From the IMG/VR virus record IMGVR_UViG_3300030328_004930, positions 1-30,324 of that record: a stretch of DNA of 30,324 nt; one strand, 5' to 3'. The notes beneath the pieces were generated by a model. That model had not been told where the DNA came from. It saw only the letters and a list, made by a program, of their open reading frames with translations, and made no database searches. Origin of the DNA: a virus (taxonomy: Duplodnaviria; Caudoviricetes). Below, one piece after another: positions 19,001-26,344 of the stretch (positions are counted from its first letter, which is position 1; each line of letters opens with the position of its first letter). The translations under genes were made by a program, and so were the position numbers.

Positions 19001-22000
19001 TTGATTTTATGAATAAATCTGATATCGAAAAGTTCTTAAACAAAAAAATTAAAGAAGAACATTATCAAGATTTTTATGGTGCTGAATTAAAAAGAGAAAT
19101 TATAACTCAAGCAAAGTTAAATGGTAATGATGGATTAATATTAAAAAATAATCTTGAACCAGTATCAACTCTAGAATTAGAAGATATTTCAACAGATGAT
19201 ACTTATGTAACTTTTGAACCCACTCAAATAAAATCCATATTTAATAAAGGGACCTACAATCCTCATGATCCTCGGATCTCATTTCATATTGCTCCAAAGA
19301 ATTTAATTACTCCATTAGCAAAGTTTTACCAGGAACAAAAAGGAACTAAGAAATCTTACACTAAAAAAGATTTTGAAATGGACCTGGCTAGAAATGGGTA
19401 TTCTGAAGATGATATAAGAACTATAGGATGGATATATGGAATTATTACCAGTAAACAATTTGATATTGATGATGGGGATAAGCCCACTATTCAAAAGAAT
19501 ATTGAACAAATAGTTAAGTCAGCTAAGAGTAAAGCTGAGATCAAAAATAAATTTAATATTCTATCTCAAGGATTTAAAAAAGGAGCCTCAACAAAAAAAC
19601 AAGAAATAGTATTACTTCAAAGTAAGATTAGTCGCTATGCTTCAGATCATTTACCAAGTGGAGGCGTTTTGTATGGAAAAGCAGATCTAAAGACTTTACT
19701 TAAAAATATTAAAGATGGAACTAATATTAAAAAGTTAAGAGCTATCTTTGAAAACATTGATCGCTTAGTGGCAAAGGCTGAAAAAAGAGATGCTTTATCT
19801 AAGTGGAATAAAGTAATTAAAAAGAAAGCAAAAGTAAAAAAAGTTAGAGGAGTTACTGAGGGAACTGTAGGGGCTGATGTCCAGGAAACTGTTTGGACCA
19901 TAAAAGGTAAAAAGAAAGGCACTGGGTATATGGACCTAACCCCAGATGGACTTGAAACTGATAGAGAAAATCTTTTAGATGTTATCAGTAAAAATGAAGA
20001 TGGGGAACCCACTGAAGCACAAGCCTGGGATTTATATTTATTGCAAACTTTTGGAAATATTAAGGACCGAACAGCCGAAGAAATTAGCAAAGCAACTCTA
20101 GAATATAATCAAATAGTAACCGATGGAAGAACCCAGGTTCTTTTAGATCAGATAGCTTATAAAGAAAGAATGGGTGAGGTGACCAATGAGATATTAGAAA
20201 TTATTACCGGTGGAGCCGGACCACAAACTCAGTCGGGAGCTCAAAAATTAGGACTTATGAAAGAAGGACCTCTGGAAAAAGCAAAAAAATTAATGTCTAC
20301 TTTTGATTCTGAAAACCAATCTTTAGAATATATTTTTGATAAACTATCTAAGCTAGATAAAACCTCTAAACCTTTACAATCTTATCTTAATCAATATTTT
20401 ATGCCTCGGATTCGACAAGCTCGATTAGCTGAGTATAATGGTTTATCTGAAATGATGACATTAATGACAAATAATGCAGAAAGGATTTTTAAACTAAAAG
20501 GAAGGAAGTTAACAAATAGGTTAAACAAAAACACTACTGACACTATTACAATAGAACATAATAATGGTAGAGATAAAGATGGGAATCTTGGATCAAAAAC
20601 AACCTCAACTCTAACTTACAACCAGGCATATAAAAAATGGATGGAGCTCCAGGATCCAACAATGCACCCAACTTTTGAAAGAATGGGTTATCATGTCAAT
20701 AAAGTAAAAAGACAAATTGAAAGTCAATTACCTAAAGATATGATTAAATGGGCTGAGTGGCAGTTGTATGAATTTTATCCAATGTACTACAGCAGAGTGA
20801 ATGAAACTTTTAGAAAAAGATTTAAAGTTAATATGCCTTTTAATCCTTATTACTCACCGATAAAAAGAAGAATTGGAGCTAGGGCAGATGAAGGAGATGA
20901 TACTTTAAATAAATCTAAATCTCCAATGGGATCTATGACTTCAGCAGGGTCTTTAAAATCCAGGGTAAGTAATACCGATGAATTAGCCTGGATTGATGGT
21001 GATACTACTTTACTTCAACATATTACCGAGATGGAACATTTTATTCATTATACTGATGTAATGAGAGAATTAAGAACAGTATTTATGAATCAAGGTGTTT
21101 CTATATCTATAAATGATTTTCATGGCAGTGGGATAAGCCGAGTCTTAAATAAGTTTATGGATGACATTGCTAGAGGGGGAGTAGATCGAGCTCAAAATTT
21201 AATATGGATGGATAAATTAAGAGCGAATTTTAGTCGATCAGTTATTGGAGTTAATCCAGTAGTATATTTAAAACAGTTGGCTTCTATACCGGCTTATATG
21301 GCTGATATTCCAGTTGCAAGTTGGTCTAAAGAATTTGCTAAAACATTTAATCCGATTGAATTTAAAAGAATGTATCGCACTTTAACTAAAAGTGAAATGC
21401 TTAAAATGAGATATGATCAAGGATTTGAGAGAGATATGGTTTTAGCTTTGCAAAATACTAAACCAGGTAAAATGATTAGTGGAACTGAATGGGTGAATAC
21501 TTTTAGTTATGCTTTTACTAAAATGGGAGATAAACAAGCTATCTTCTTAGGAGGTTGGGCAGTTTATAAATACCACTTTAAAAAAGCATTAAAAGCCGGT
21601 AAGTCAAGATCAGATGCTAAAAAAATTGCTATGAAAGAATTTGAATCTGCTTCATTAAGATCTCAACAAGCCTCTGATGTTGAGGATTTAGCAGACTTTC
21701 AAAGAAGAGGATCTTTAGCAAAGTTATTTACTATGTTTATGACTTCACCTAACCAGTATTATAGAATGGTAATAGGAGGGTATAGAAATTTAAGTGCAGG
21801 AAGAGGGTCTAGGTCTGAAAATTTAAGAAGAATATTTGTTGGACAATTATTACTTCCAAATTTATTTGCTTTTATTGGGAGTGGATTTGAATGGGATAAA
21901 GAAGAGCAATTAGTGTCTACCTTATTGTTTCCATTTGCAGGGATGTTGTTTGTTGGAAAAGGAACTGAATATATGATTAGATCTATTTTTAATAAAGCCT

Positions 22001-22299
22001 ATCCAATGGGACCAGTCTCTATTTTAGATCCTTTTGTTGATTTTGGAAAAGCATTTAAAAAGATGTTTGATGGCAAAGAATATACTACTGAAAAAATATT
22101 TAAAATTATAGATGAAATTGCTTCGGGTATTTCTAAGGTTACCGGGTTACCTTACAGTGGTCCAATGAGATCTATACAAAACACTATTAAAGTTATAAAA
22201 GATGGATCAGACAAACCTATAAGAGAAGGATTAGGGTTTCGCTTTGATAAAGAACCTAAAAGCAAAAAGAAGAAGTTTAAAGTAAAACCTGGACTTTAA
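13042..22299 (+). CDS. Giant polyvalent ejection-type protein with ART-PolyVal and HhH-GPD-like domains
   Basis: 3085-aa ORF at the large internal-virion-protein position; Gly/Ala-rich hydrophobic N-terminal region, central enzyme-like cassettes, helical C-terminal region with hydrophobic segments. Confidence 0.85.
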   Translation: MAEPLYPKQRNSLDDILNQAFDDLELENQRQQTIVNAPDPAQALSDIQKVEKQTEAEPEPIKKAVRTSYYTGQALSQPKPQPMQSSGKPRQPISEAMYNELASGSARVGQGLASAPGFIYGLASYPQRQLAKIPGLESLADGTREMEEYLSLNPVAKYYKDTADQFAEESTRYDQKIVDYIKQGNLVDAIGLTGVSIVGSIPYTASMIAGGYAGVPAKLMVPTIGLVTGGEKNSTLLEEMPEFADDKRTLNALVDGLAEGTFEQLGSAGIGRTLKTLLGSLTQQFGRKKANEILTETIAQTFKDKTSRLLVPKAMNLEGWTEVGTTVMQNLNAQLTGEDPNRDLFEGAVDAYIVGAGSAGALTAPAGIAVSKQRKTAKDLEKAKAKGLDAIDKGTLRQLTDQDINDFASSLTIEEAMELGVVPNYEKGTIEYEPGSAIGSEIIRRQLQMEKAPETERDFREAGSRANIKEQKESGTDFVGAFIDKANEGLEGTEAEVNREYLDRELIDEIQDENLSEEQVNQIFEDQGIAEGSDVKELNVYGRTDGYVARISTAGTEERMADEYIAVQEEMAEIYYNAEMDQNPEFDNEVANERKKYHEKTGEVDKGESNIEWFSSMAIRFGAQGKVHKDIGLKLKEILKRFMEKARIILKDSMRLRKAIQEGKVSQSLISKLEQATDFKSVGKSVKKAQKLKKVKKKPTFRLSTKESYELHETSKRVFGTTEDPREAGYILLDGEMLDFSGKNEGGTPGTRSYDHRQINTVGVVSDEPYYGASGEERWSDIGMVEFIQSGAIRYMPESNKFHLGMEKPDQPQLARLRQLINNPPGMETLHSSTPINVIITDQNENLKFDREYKRNTPWEEIKRDVLQFYRTGKGPSITQQFHSSYRISIAEGMEKLKVKPALTPPSKNKKLSANQVRTRIKRLKRNVIPEIESFAKNNPEEFDEAINWYFNDIRKAIDIASKENSLIKEHPAFFTALICITSNGQKVQGQYNDTVDILSYYKDKNKLPVVSSKTTGKIPKPNRVIKLEDGRQLGGVRPGTIGQQSDRLQYIIDQLGLEGAEKWLLEPKSGIEIHRMAWDSKTKKGPMAGISADQKNTSKDYRGMHIFGRKIGNFGLAFWELNREPVIDVWMARWFNRHMGTPYLKGKKLAEAPRNPSEWNLISKAVGELTKEFNKRNNKEYNVSQIQAVIWYHEKFLYEKNGINFNKGINYSRSANERSKQKGYFQNTEEFISVSDASSQEQKRLEKDSERVSGEKPTYRIAPTWYSKAERVVTEKFPPTMKSQSVVNWLKKSTNNSPEIEWLDLETLFKGKPKVTKQELQEWIQANKIEVEDVMLGESFKLDEERSLSKDEFIKMFEQIDPAYPDEAPENTLDDGETLEFVEDGMYYDFKYYREGDNEWAVFQDRSEEDDYTLQRIDTDEFMGYKSLGQVLDRRIPNEDAVKQIIGSLTPDATKHSSFQLPGKREDYKELLLTLPTAKKGQPLSGYVVFKNIEDVDDFLTDVSAEGMEDFDYGRVDDDNYKRVVFKNIPTTKADDFVDLLKKYDLQWYSTNDDTRKKIDKKNVFISSHYDEPNILAHVRFNTRKSPSGEQVLFIEEVQSDWHTKGREKGYKQQIKKIPEGFKIVEIPGEKIVMLRPDGKRMLTTLTKMSDPEAETTVRRKALSYINAEDKMRVPDAPFKKNGWIELIMKRMLRYASDNNFDRIAWTTSNQQIDRWRNSIRQNVDQISYQKLVSGPPLTHTVVINGLKKNKSVFNQTIPLEGETTINGQRVNLEGLLGKQMATQIRNSDKKTGVIEGDNLTIGGEGFKVVYDMAIKKILNKMGKKYGAKVDQVKILETSKPTWSDGKELTPEEKIEQSMPGVYSEEVKRTYSVITQPSIRITRKMKESALKGQPTFRISKMASTEEVQKSESFKKWFKGSKVKDKNGKPLVVYHGTTQDFDEFKGTNFFTVNPDVASTFSGFDDDQYLDGGKVYPVYLSLKNPSIVDFMNKSDIEKFLNKKIKEEHYQDFYGAELKREIITQAKLNGNDGLILKNNLEPVSTLELEDISTDDTYVTFEPTQIKSIFNKGTYNPHDPRISFHIAPKNLITPLAKFYQEQKGTKKSYTKKDFEMDLARNGYSEDDIRTIGWIYGIITSKQFDIDDGDKPTIQKNIEQIVKSAKSKAEIKNKFNILSQGFKKGASTKKQEIVLLQSKISRYASDHLPSGGVLYGKADLKTLLKNIKDGTNIKKLRAIFENIDRLVAKAEKRDALSKWNKVIKKKAKVKKVRGVTEGTVGADVQETVWTIKGKKKGTGYMDLTPDGLETDRENLLDVISKNEDGEPTEAQAWDLYLLQTFGNIKDRTAEEISKATLEYNQIVTDGRTQVLLDQIAYKERMGEVTNEILEIITGGAGPQTQSGAQKLGLMKEGPLEKAKKLMSTFDSENQSLEYIFDKLSKLDKTSKPLQSYLNQYFMPRIRQARLAEYNGLSEMMTLMTNNAERIFKLKGRKLTNRLNKNTTDTITIEHNNGRDKDGNLGSKTTSTLTYNQAYKKWMELQDPTMHPTFERMGYHVNKVKRQIESQLPKDMIKWAEWQLYEFYPMYYSRVNETFRKRFKVNMPFNPYYSPIKRRIGARADEGDDTLNKSKSPMGSMTSAGSLKSRVSNTDELAWIDGDTTLLQHITEMEHFIHYTDVMRELRTVFMNQGVSISINDFHGSGISRVLNKFMDDIARGGVDRAQNLIWMDKLRANFSRSVIGVNPVVYLKQLASIPAYMADIPVASWSKEFAKTFNPIEFKRMYRTLTKSEMLKMRYDQGFERDMVLALQNTKPGKMISGTEWVNTFSYAFTKMGDKQAIFLGGWAVYKYHFKKALKAGKSRSDAKKIAMKEFESASLRSQQASDVEDLADFQRRGSLAKLFTMFMTSPNQYYRMVIGGYRNLSAGRGSRSENLRRIFVGQLLLPNLFAFIGSGFEWDKEEQLVSTLLFPFAGMLFVGKGTEYMIRSIFNKAYPMGPVSILDPFVDFGKAFKKMFDGKEYTTEKIFKIIDEIASGISKVTGLPYSGPMRSIQNTIKVIKDGSDKPIREGLGFRFDKEPKSKKKKFKVKPGL
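15709..16812 (+). other. HhH-GPD (Endonuclease III-like) DNA glycosylase-like domain inside the giant protein
   Basis: IFGRKIG...PVIDVWMARWFNR with Lys (codon 16372) and Asp (codon 16426) 18 residues apart, as for EndoIII K120/D138; terminal QIQAVIW helix. Confidence 0.6.
18742..19275 (+). other. ART-PolyVal ADP-ribosyltransferase domain inside the giant protein
   Basis: FKKWFKGSKV.D.NG.PLVVYHGT, FFT, VYPVYLSLKNP, G.DGLI and YVTFEPTQIKS motifs. Confidence 0.85.
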
Positions 22300-22450
22300 T
22301 TTATTTTTTATATCCGAAATTAAAGGTTAGTCCTTATATTCATATGTTAGTTTAATTACTAATACTTGCTTCTGTGCCTCGGGAGACTCAACACTTGAAG
22401 GATTTTGTCCTTCAGATAATATAAGAGTATTCTTTAAAGGAGATTCGCAC

Positions 22451-22714
22451 ATGGCAAGTGGCTCATCAATCGCAGTAGTCAAAGGGTTAGGATCCGGAAA
22501 TAGTGTCCGGGTTTTTACCGATACCGATACAACTCATCCTCAACCCAAAGGTGTTTTTATAGGAACCGGTGGAAATTATCGATTCTATATGAATGGGGCT
22601 TGGATTACATTTAAAAACTGCAATGCCGGTTCATTCCTGCCGATCAGACCTACTGGAGTTTCTACAACCGGAGGTTCTTCTATTTCTTCTGGCGATGTCC
22701 TCTTTTTAGATTAA
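22451..22714 (+). CDS. Head spike base-like protein (Rcc01079 family-like)
   Basis: 87 aa; GVFIGTGGN...ITFKN..AGSFLPIR...V..TG pattern resembles my recollection of the RcGTA spike base; AAAGGAG RBS. Confidence 0.65.
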   Translation: MASGSSIAVVKGLGSGNSVRVFTDTDTTHPQPKGVFIGTGGNYRFYMNGAWITFKNCNAGSFLPIRPTGVSTTGGSSISSGDVLFLD

Positions 22715-22716
22715 AT

Positions 22717-22845
22717 ATGCTTCAATTTGGAATCAATTTTGCCAGGGCAACTATTCAAATTATAGTTACTGGGATTAGTAGTGCCTGGAACACACAACCT
22801 AGACACTGGGAAGATTTAAACCCGACCTGGAATGAATTAGACTAA
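22717..22845 (+). CDS. 42-aa Trp-repeat peptide MLQFGINFARATIQIIVTGISSAWNTQPRHWEDLNPTWNELD (not in ORF track)
   Basis: Translated by hand; starts 2 nt after the upstream stop and its stop overlaps the AAGGA RBS of the fibre gene; three Trp spaced 7 apart. Confidence 0.65.
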   Translation: MLQFGINFARATIQIIVTGISSAWNTQPRHWEDLNPTWNELD

Positions 22846-22855
22846 GGATAATATT

Positions 22856-25582
22856 ATGGCAAGTTTAGAAAATGTAGCAGTCAAAGACTCATACACCTCG
22901 CTTTTAAAATTAAATGGCAATACAGATAGTTTAGTAGCTGGTAATGGTAGTAATGCAATTCAAGTAGTAGATGGTAATGGCGATGCTTCTCCACTATACC
23001 TTAATACAGATAGACTAGGAATTGGTGGTCAGCCAAGTTATAGACTTTCTATTGAAGGCACAGATGCAACAACAAGCACAGTAAGTGTAAGAAGAAATGC
23101 AAATGGTGATAGAGGTTCTTTTTTAAATTTTAGAAAATCAAGAGGGACATCAGTAGGAAGTAGTACAATAGTAAATAACAATGATTATATTGGAGAAATT
23201 TTATTTTATGGCTCAGATGGAACTAATGATATAGAGGCTGGTGCTATTAAGTGCTATGTAAATGGAGCACCCGGTAGTAATGATATGCCGGGAGCATTAG
23301 AATTTAGAACAACAGCAGATGGGGCAAGTAGTTCTTCGAGTAGAATGACAATTAATTCTGCTGGCAATGTAGGAATTGGAATGTCTCCAGATATGCCTCT
23401 TAATGTAAGGGTAAATACTGATGAAGTTTTAAGAGTTAGAAGTGATAGTGGAGTGCAATTAACAGCTAGAACTGATAATAATGGCTCTGATGTTGCATTA
23501 AAACTAAGAGCGAGTTCTTTTAGTTTTCAAGGTGGTGCATTTATGGAACTAGATGCCAACTCTCGCATTTCGCTAAGTAATAATGATGTTAATACAGACA
23601 ATACAGTATTTGGTTATAATGCTTTTACAAATAATGGAACAGTTTTAGGAAATATTAATGCTGATAGAAATACAGTATTTGGTAACAAAGCTATGGGAAC
23701 TGGCACTACTACTGCAGGAGTTAATAATGTAGCTATAGGTCATACTGCCTTAGAAGACCATATAAGTGCAGATTCTTGTGTTGCTATTGGTGCTTTTGCT
23801 TTGGCTAATGTAACCTCTGGAATAAGGAATTTAGGCATCGGAACAGAATCGGGTGCAATAGTAACTACTGGAGCAGACAATATTTCAATTGGTACTTCTT
23901 CAAACTTAACCAGTTCATCAGCTTCTAATCAAATTGTTATTGGTGTAAGTGCAACTGCACAAGGCGATAATACAGTAACATTAGGAAATGCGAGTGTAAC
24001 CGATGTTTATATGTCTCAAGATTCACAAGCCTATGTCCACTCTCAAAATGTACCTAACCATGTAGCAAATACCATGAGCTCACCTTACTATCGGTTTGAT
24101 GGTGCAGATGATAAAATAGCTTCTAGTGAAACTTTTCAAACTACTTTTAGAAACAGTTTTAGTATTTCAGCATTAGTAAAATTTGAAGATGGCAGACCAT
24201 CAGCAATCAATACTATTTTTGGAGTATATGATACTACCTCTGGAACTGAATGGATTCAATTTGCTCTACTCACAACTGGAGCATTGAGATTTACATTTCA
24301 TATAAACTCAAATAGTGCAACTTTTGATTCAAGTGTTGTTTTTGAAGATGGAGAAACTGGATGGAATCATATTGTTGCTGTCGCTAATGAATCTTCTGAT
24401 ACCATAGGTATATATTTAAATGGCAAATCTTTGGGAACTGCTAGTACACCTAGTCATGTATGGACTGATTATACCTCTAGTAAACCTCCTTGGATTGGTG
24501 CTAGAAACACTAATGATATATGGAGCGAAGGCATACAAGGTTCAATTCAAAATTTAAAAGTTTGGAATAAGTATTTAACAGCCACAGAAGTAAAAGATGA
24601 CTATTCTGGTGCAAGTGTACCATTTAAATATAAAGGTGCTAATCAGACTAATATGCTGACTAATCCAAATTTTGATAGTAATACAAGTAGTTGGTCTGCT
24701 CAATATTCAAGTTTATCATCAGATAGTGGTGGTCAATCTGGTAATTGTTTAACTGTTACAAGGTCTAGTCATACTAATCAATCAGCTTATCAAGATATTA
24801 CTACTGTTGTTGGTAAAAGGTATATGTTTTCAGCTTATGTAAAAAGTGGAACAAGTGGAAATGAATCATTTGATATTGTATTGCACAATCCTAATGGGAC
24901 AGCATTTAATTATACTAATGCGACATCAAGTGGAAGTTGGGTTCAATATTCGGTTGAGTTTACTGCAACTGGCACTACAACTCAAGCTAAGTTAAGAAAA
25001 AATACAAGTACAGCTGGTACTATGCTTTTTGATACTTGTAATGTAGTTCCAATCGGTGCAGTAGCTGAATTTGATGGTTCTAGTGCTGGTAGTAAAGTCT
25101 GGGGCGATAAATCTGGTAATGACTTACATGGTACAGTAGGTGCTGGAACACTAGATGCAACTGCTCCAACTTTAGAAAATACACCTTATGATAGTGGCAC
25201 AGAATATGAAGAAGGTACTTTTACGCCTTCACTTGGTGGTAACACTTCTTATAATGCACAAGTAGGAAATTATACTAAAATTGGAAGAAAAGTCACTTGT
25301 ATTATGAGTCTTAATATTAATGCTATTGGAACTGGTAGCACCCATACTATAAGTGGATTACCATATCCATCAATGAATGCAACAGAAGCAAGTGGATGTG
25401 TTGGTTTTTTTAGTGGCTCTGCAAATACAGTAAGTACCATAAATCCATCTGTTAATAATGATGCAAGTACAGTTACGCTTTGTAGTGTAGGTGGAAGTGG
25501 TGCAACTGCTACTGCTACATCTACAGCGATATTTGCTAACAGTACAAGTATTAGAATTAATGTCACATACTTTACAGATTAA
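22856..25582 (+). CDS. Tail fibre / receptor-binding protein with LamG-like and CBM-like domains
   Basis: GNVGIG fibre motif; N.(A/V)(I/F)G repeats; LamG signature (FSISALVK, WNHIVAV, IYLNG, WIGAR, KVWNKYLTATEV); CBM4/9-like segment (LTNPNFD...YMFSAYVK...WVQYSVEF); C-terminal YEEGTFTP...YTKIGRKV...ISGLPY domain. Confidence 0.85.
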   Translation: MASLENVAVKDSYTSLLKLNGNTDSLVAGNGSNAIQVVDGNGDASPLYLNTDRLGIGGQPSYRLSIEGTDATTSTVSVRRNANGDRGSFLNFRKSRGTSVGSSTIVNNNDYIGEILFYGSDGTNDIEAGAIKCYVNGAPGSNDMPGALEFRTTADGASSSSSRMTINSAGNVGIGMSPDMPLNVRVNTDEVLRVRSDSGVQLTARTDNNGSDVALKLRASSFSFQGGAFMELDANSRISLSNNDVNTDNTVFGYNAFTNNGTVLGNINADRNTVFGNKAMGTGTTTAGVNNVAIGHTALEDHISADSCVAIGAFALANVTSGIRNLGIGTESGAIVTTGADNISIGTSSNLTSSSASNQIVIGVSATAQGDNTVTLGNASVTDVYMSQDSQAYVHSQNVPNHVANTMSSPYYRFDGADDKIASSETFQTTFRNSFSISALVKFEDGRPSAINTIFGVYDTTSGTEWIQFALLTTGALRFTFHINSNSATFDSSVVFEDGETGWNHIVAVANESSDTIGIYLNGKSLGTASTPSHVWTDYTSSKPPWIGARNTNDIWSEGIQGSIQNLKVWNKYLTATEVKDDYSGASVPFKYKGANQTNMLTNPNFDSNTSSWSAQYSSLSSDSGGQSGNCLTVTRSSHTNQSAYQDITTVVGKRYMFSAYVKSGTSGNESFDIVLHNPNGTAFNYTNATSSGSWVQYSVEFTATGTTTQAKLRKNTSTAGTMLFDTCNVVPIGAVAEFDGSSAGSKVWGDKSGNDLHGTVGAGTLDATAPTLENTPYDSGTEYEEGTFTPSLGGNTSYNAQVGNYTKIGRKVTCIMSLNINAIGTGSTHTISGLPYPSMNATEASGCVGFFSGSANTVSTINPSVNNDASTVTLCSVGGSGATATATSTAIFANSTSIRINVTYFTD

Positions 25583-25622
25583 TTGGATAATTAATTGGAA
25601 TTAAAAACAAAGGAGGTCAAAA

Positions 25623-26000
25623 ATGGCTCTTGAAAAAATAATGGAAGTAGATAAAGTTGAATTAGTAGGAAGCTATTCAATTCAAGTTAGAACAGCAACT
25701 AAGGTAATGGATGGTGGTGCACAAATTGGTTCAACCAGTTATCATCGCCATGTAGTGCATCCAAGTTCAAATTGGACTAATGAAGATACTAAAGTAAAAA
25801 AGATTGCAGATGCTCTTTTTGATGCAGATTGCAAAGAAGCATACTTTGTATCACAAAATGGTTATCCTAGTGGAGAGCCTAGTGACAGTTGGACAGAAGC
25901 ACAGTTACAGAAGTATTTATCTGTTAATGGTGTTGCATGGACAGAAGAACATACTAAGGCACAGTTACTAACCAAAGCTAAAGACAAATTCGGAGAATAA
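25623..26000 (+). CDS. Fibre-associated protein with C-terminal HeH/SAP-like motif
   Basis: AAGGAGG RBS; IQVRTAT...HRHVV motif; ends WTEAQLQKYL..NGV....TKAQLL. Confidence 0.55.
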   Translation: MALEKIMEVDKVELVGSYSIQVRTATKVMDGGAQIGSTSYHRHVVHPSSNWTNEDTKVKKIADALFDADCKEAYFVSQNGYPSGEPSDSWTEAQLQKYLSVNGVAWTEEHTKAQLLTKAKDKFGE

Positions 26001-26001
26001 T

Positions 26002-26334
26002 ATGAACTGGGATAAATATGCTGATAAGAAAGCAAAGTCATTAGTTACCTTTGAAAAAGAAACTGTAACCATTAAAGAAGCAATCAAAGAAGAAAAAGAT
26101 GAATTTGAGGTAGTGATTGTAAAAGGCGAAGATGCAGTTACTCAAGATAAAATTGTGCTAAAAGAAAAGCAGTATAGTGCTGAAACTGGCGAAGCTATAG
26201 ATGATAAAAAGACTGAATACACTAAGGAACAGTTAGAAGCAATTAAGACTGGCTATGAAGCAGAAGCAACTAAAAATACAGATTTAGCAAAAGCAGTTGA
26301 AACAGCTATGGAAGATTTTGATAAAGTAAAATAA
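26002..26334 (+). CDS. Hypothetical protein
   Basis: 110-aa ORF tiling the operon; Glu/Lys-rich. Confidence 0.7.
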   Translation: MNWDKYADKKAKSLVTFEKETVTIKEAIKEEKDEFEVVIVKGEDAVTQDKIVLKEKQYSAETGEAIDDKKTEYTKEQLEAIKTGYEAEATKNTDLAKAVETAMEDFDKVK

Positions 26335-26344
26335 CAAGGAGTTA

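Noticed and set aside
16813-19293. CGG codons at or beside linkers 3-5, matching the tRNA-Arg(CCG) integration target
   Set aside because: Too few cases; CCGG and TCGG are common throughout and the other linkers use AGA and CGC.
22300-22360. Sigma70-type promoter before the spike-base gene
   Set aside because: A TATATT -10-like hexamer is present but there is no convincing -35, and the region is AT-rich.
25578-25599. Direct repeat ATTAATTGGA x2 at the fibre gene stop
   Set aside because: Short and AT-rich; no further copies noticed, so no function can be supported.
22856-26334. Diversity-generating retroelement or invertible fibre cassette
   Set aside because: No reverse transcriptase, template/variable repeat pair, invertase or inverted fibre fragments seen in the window.
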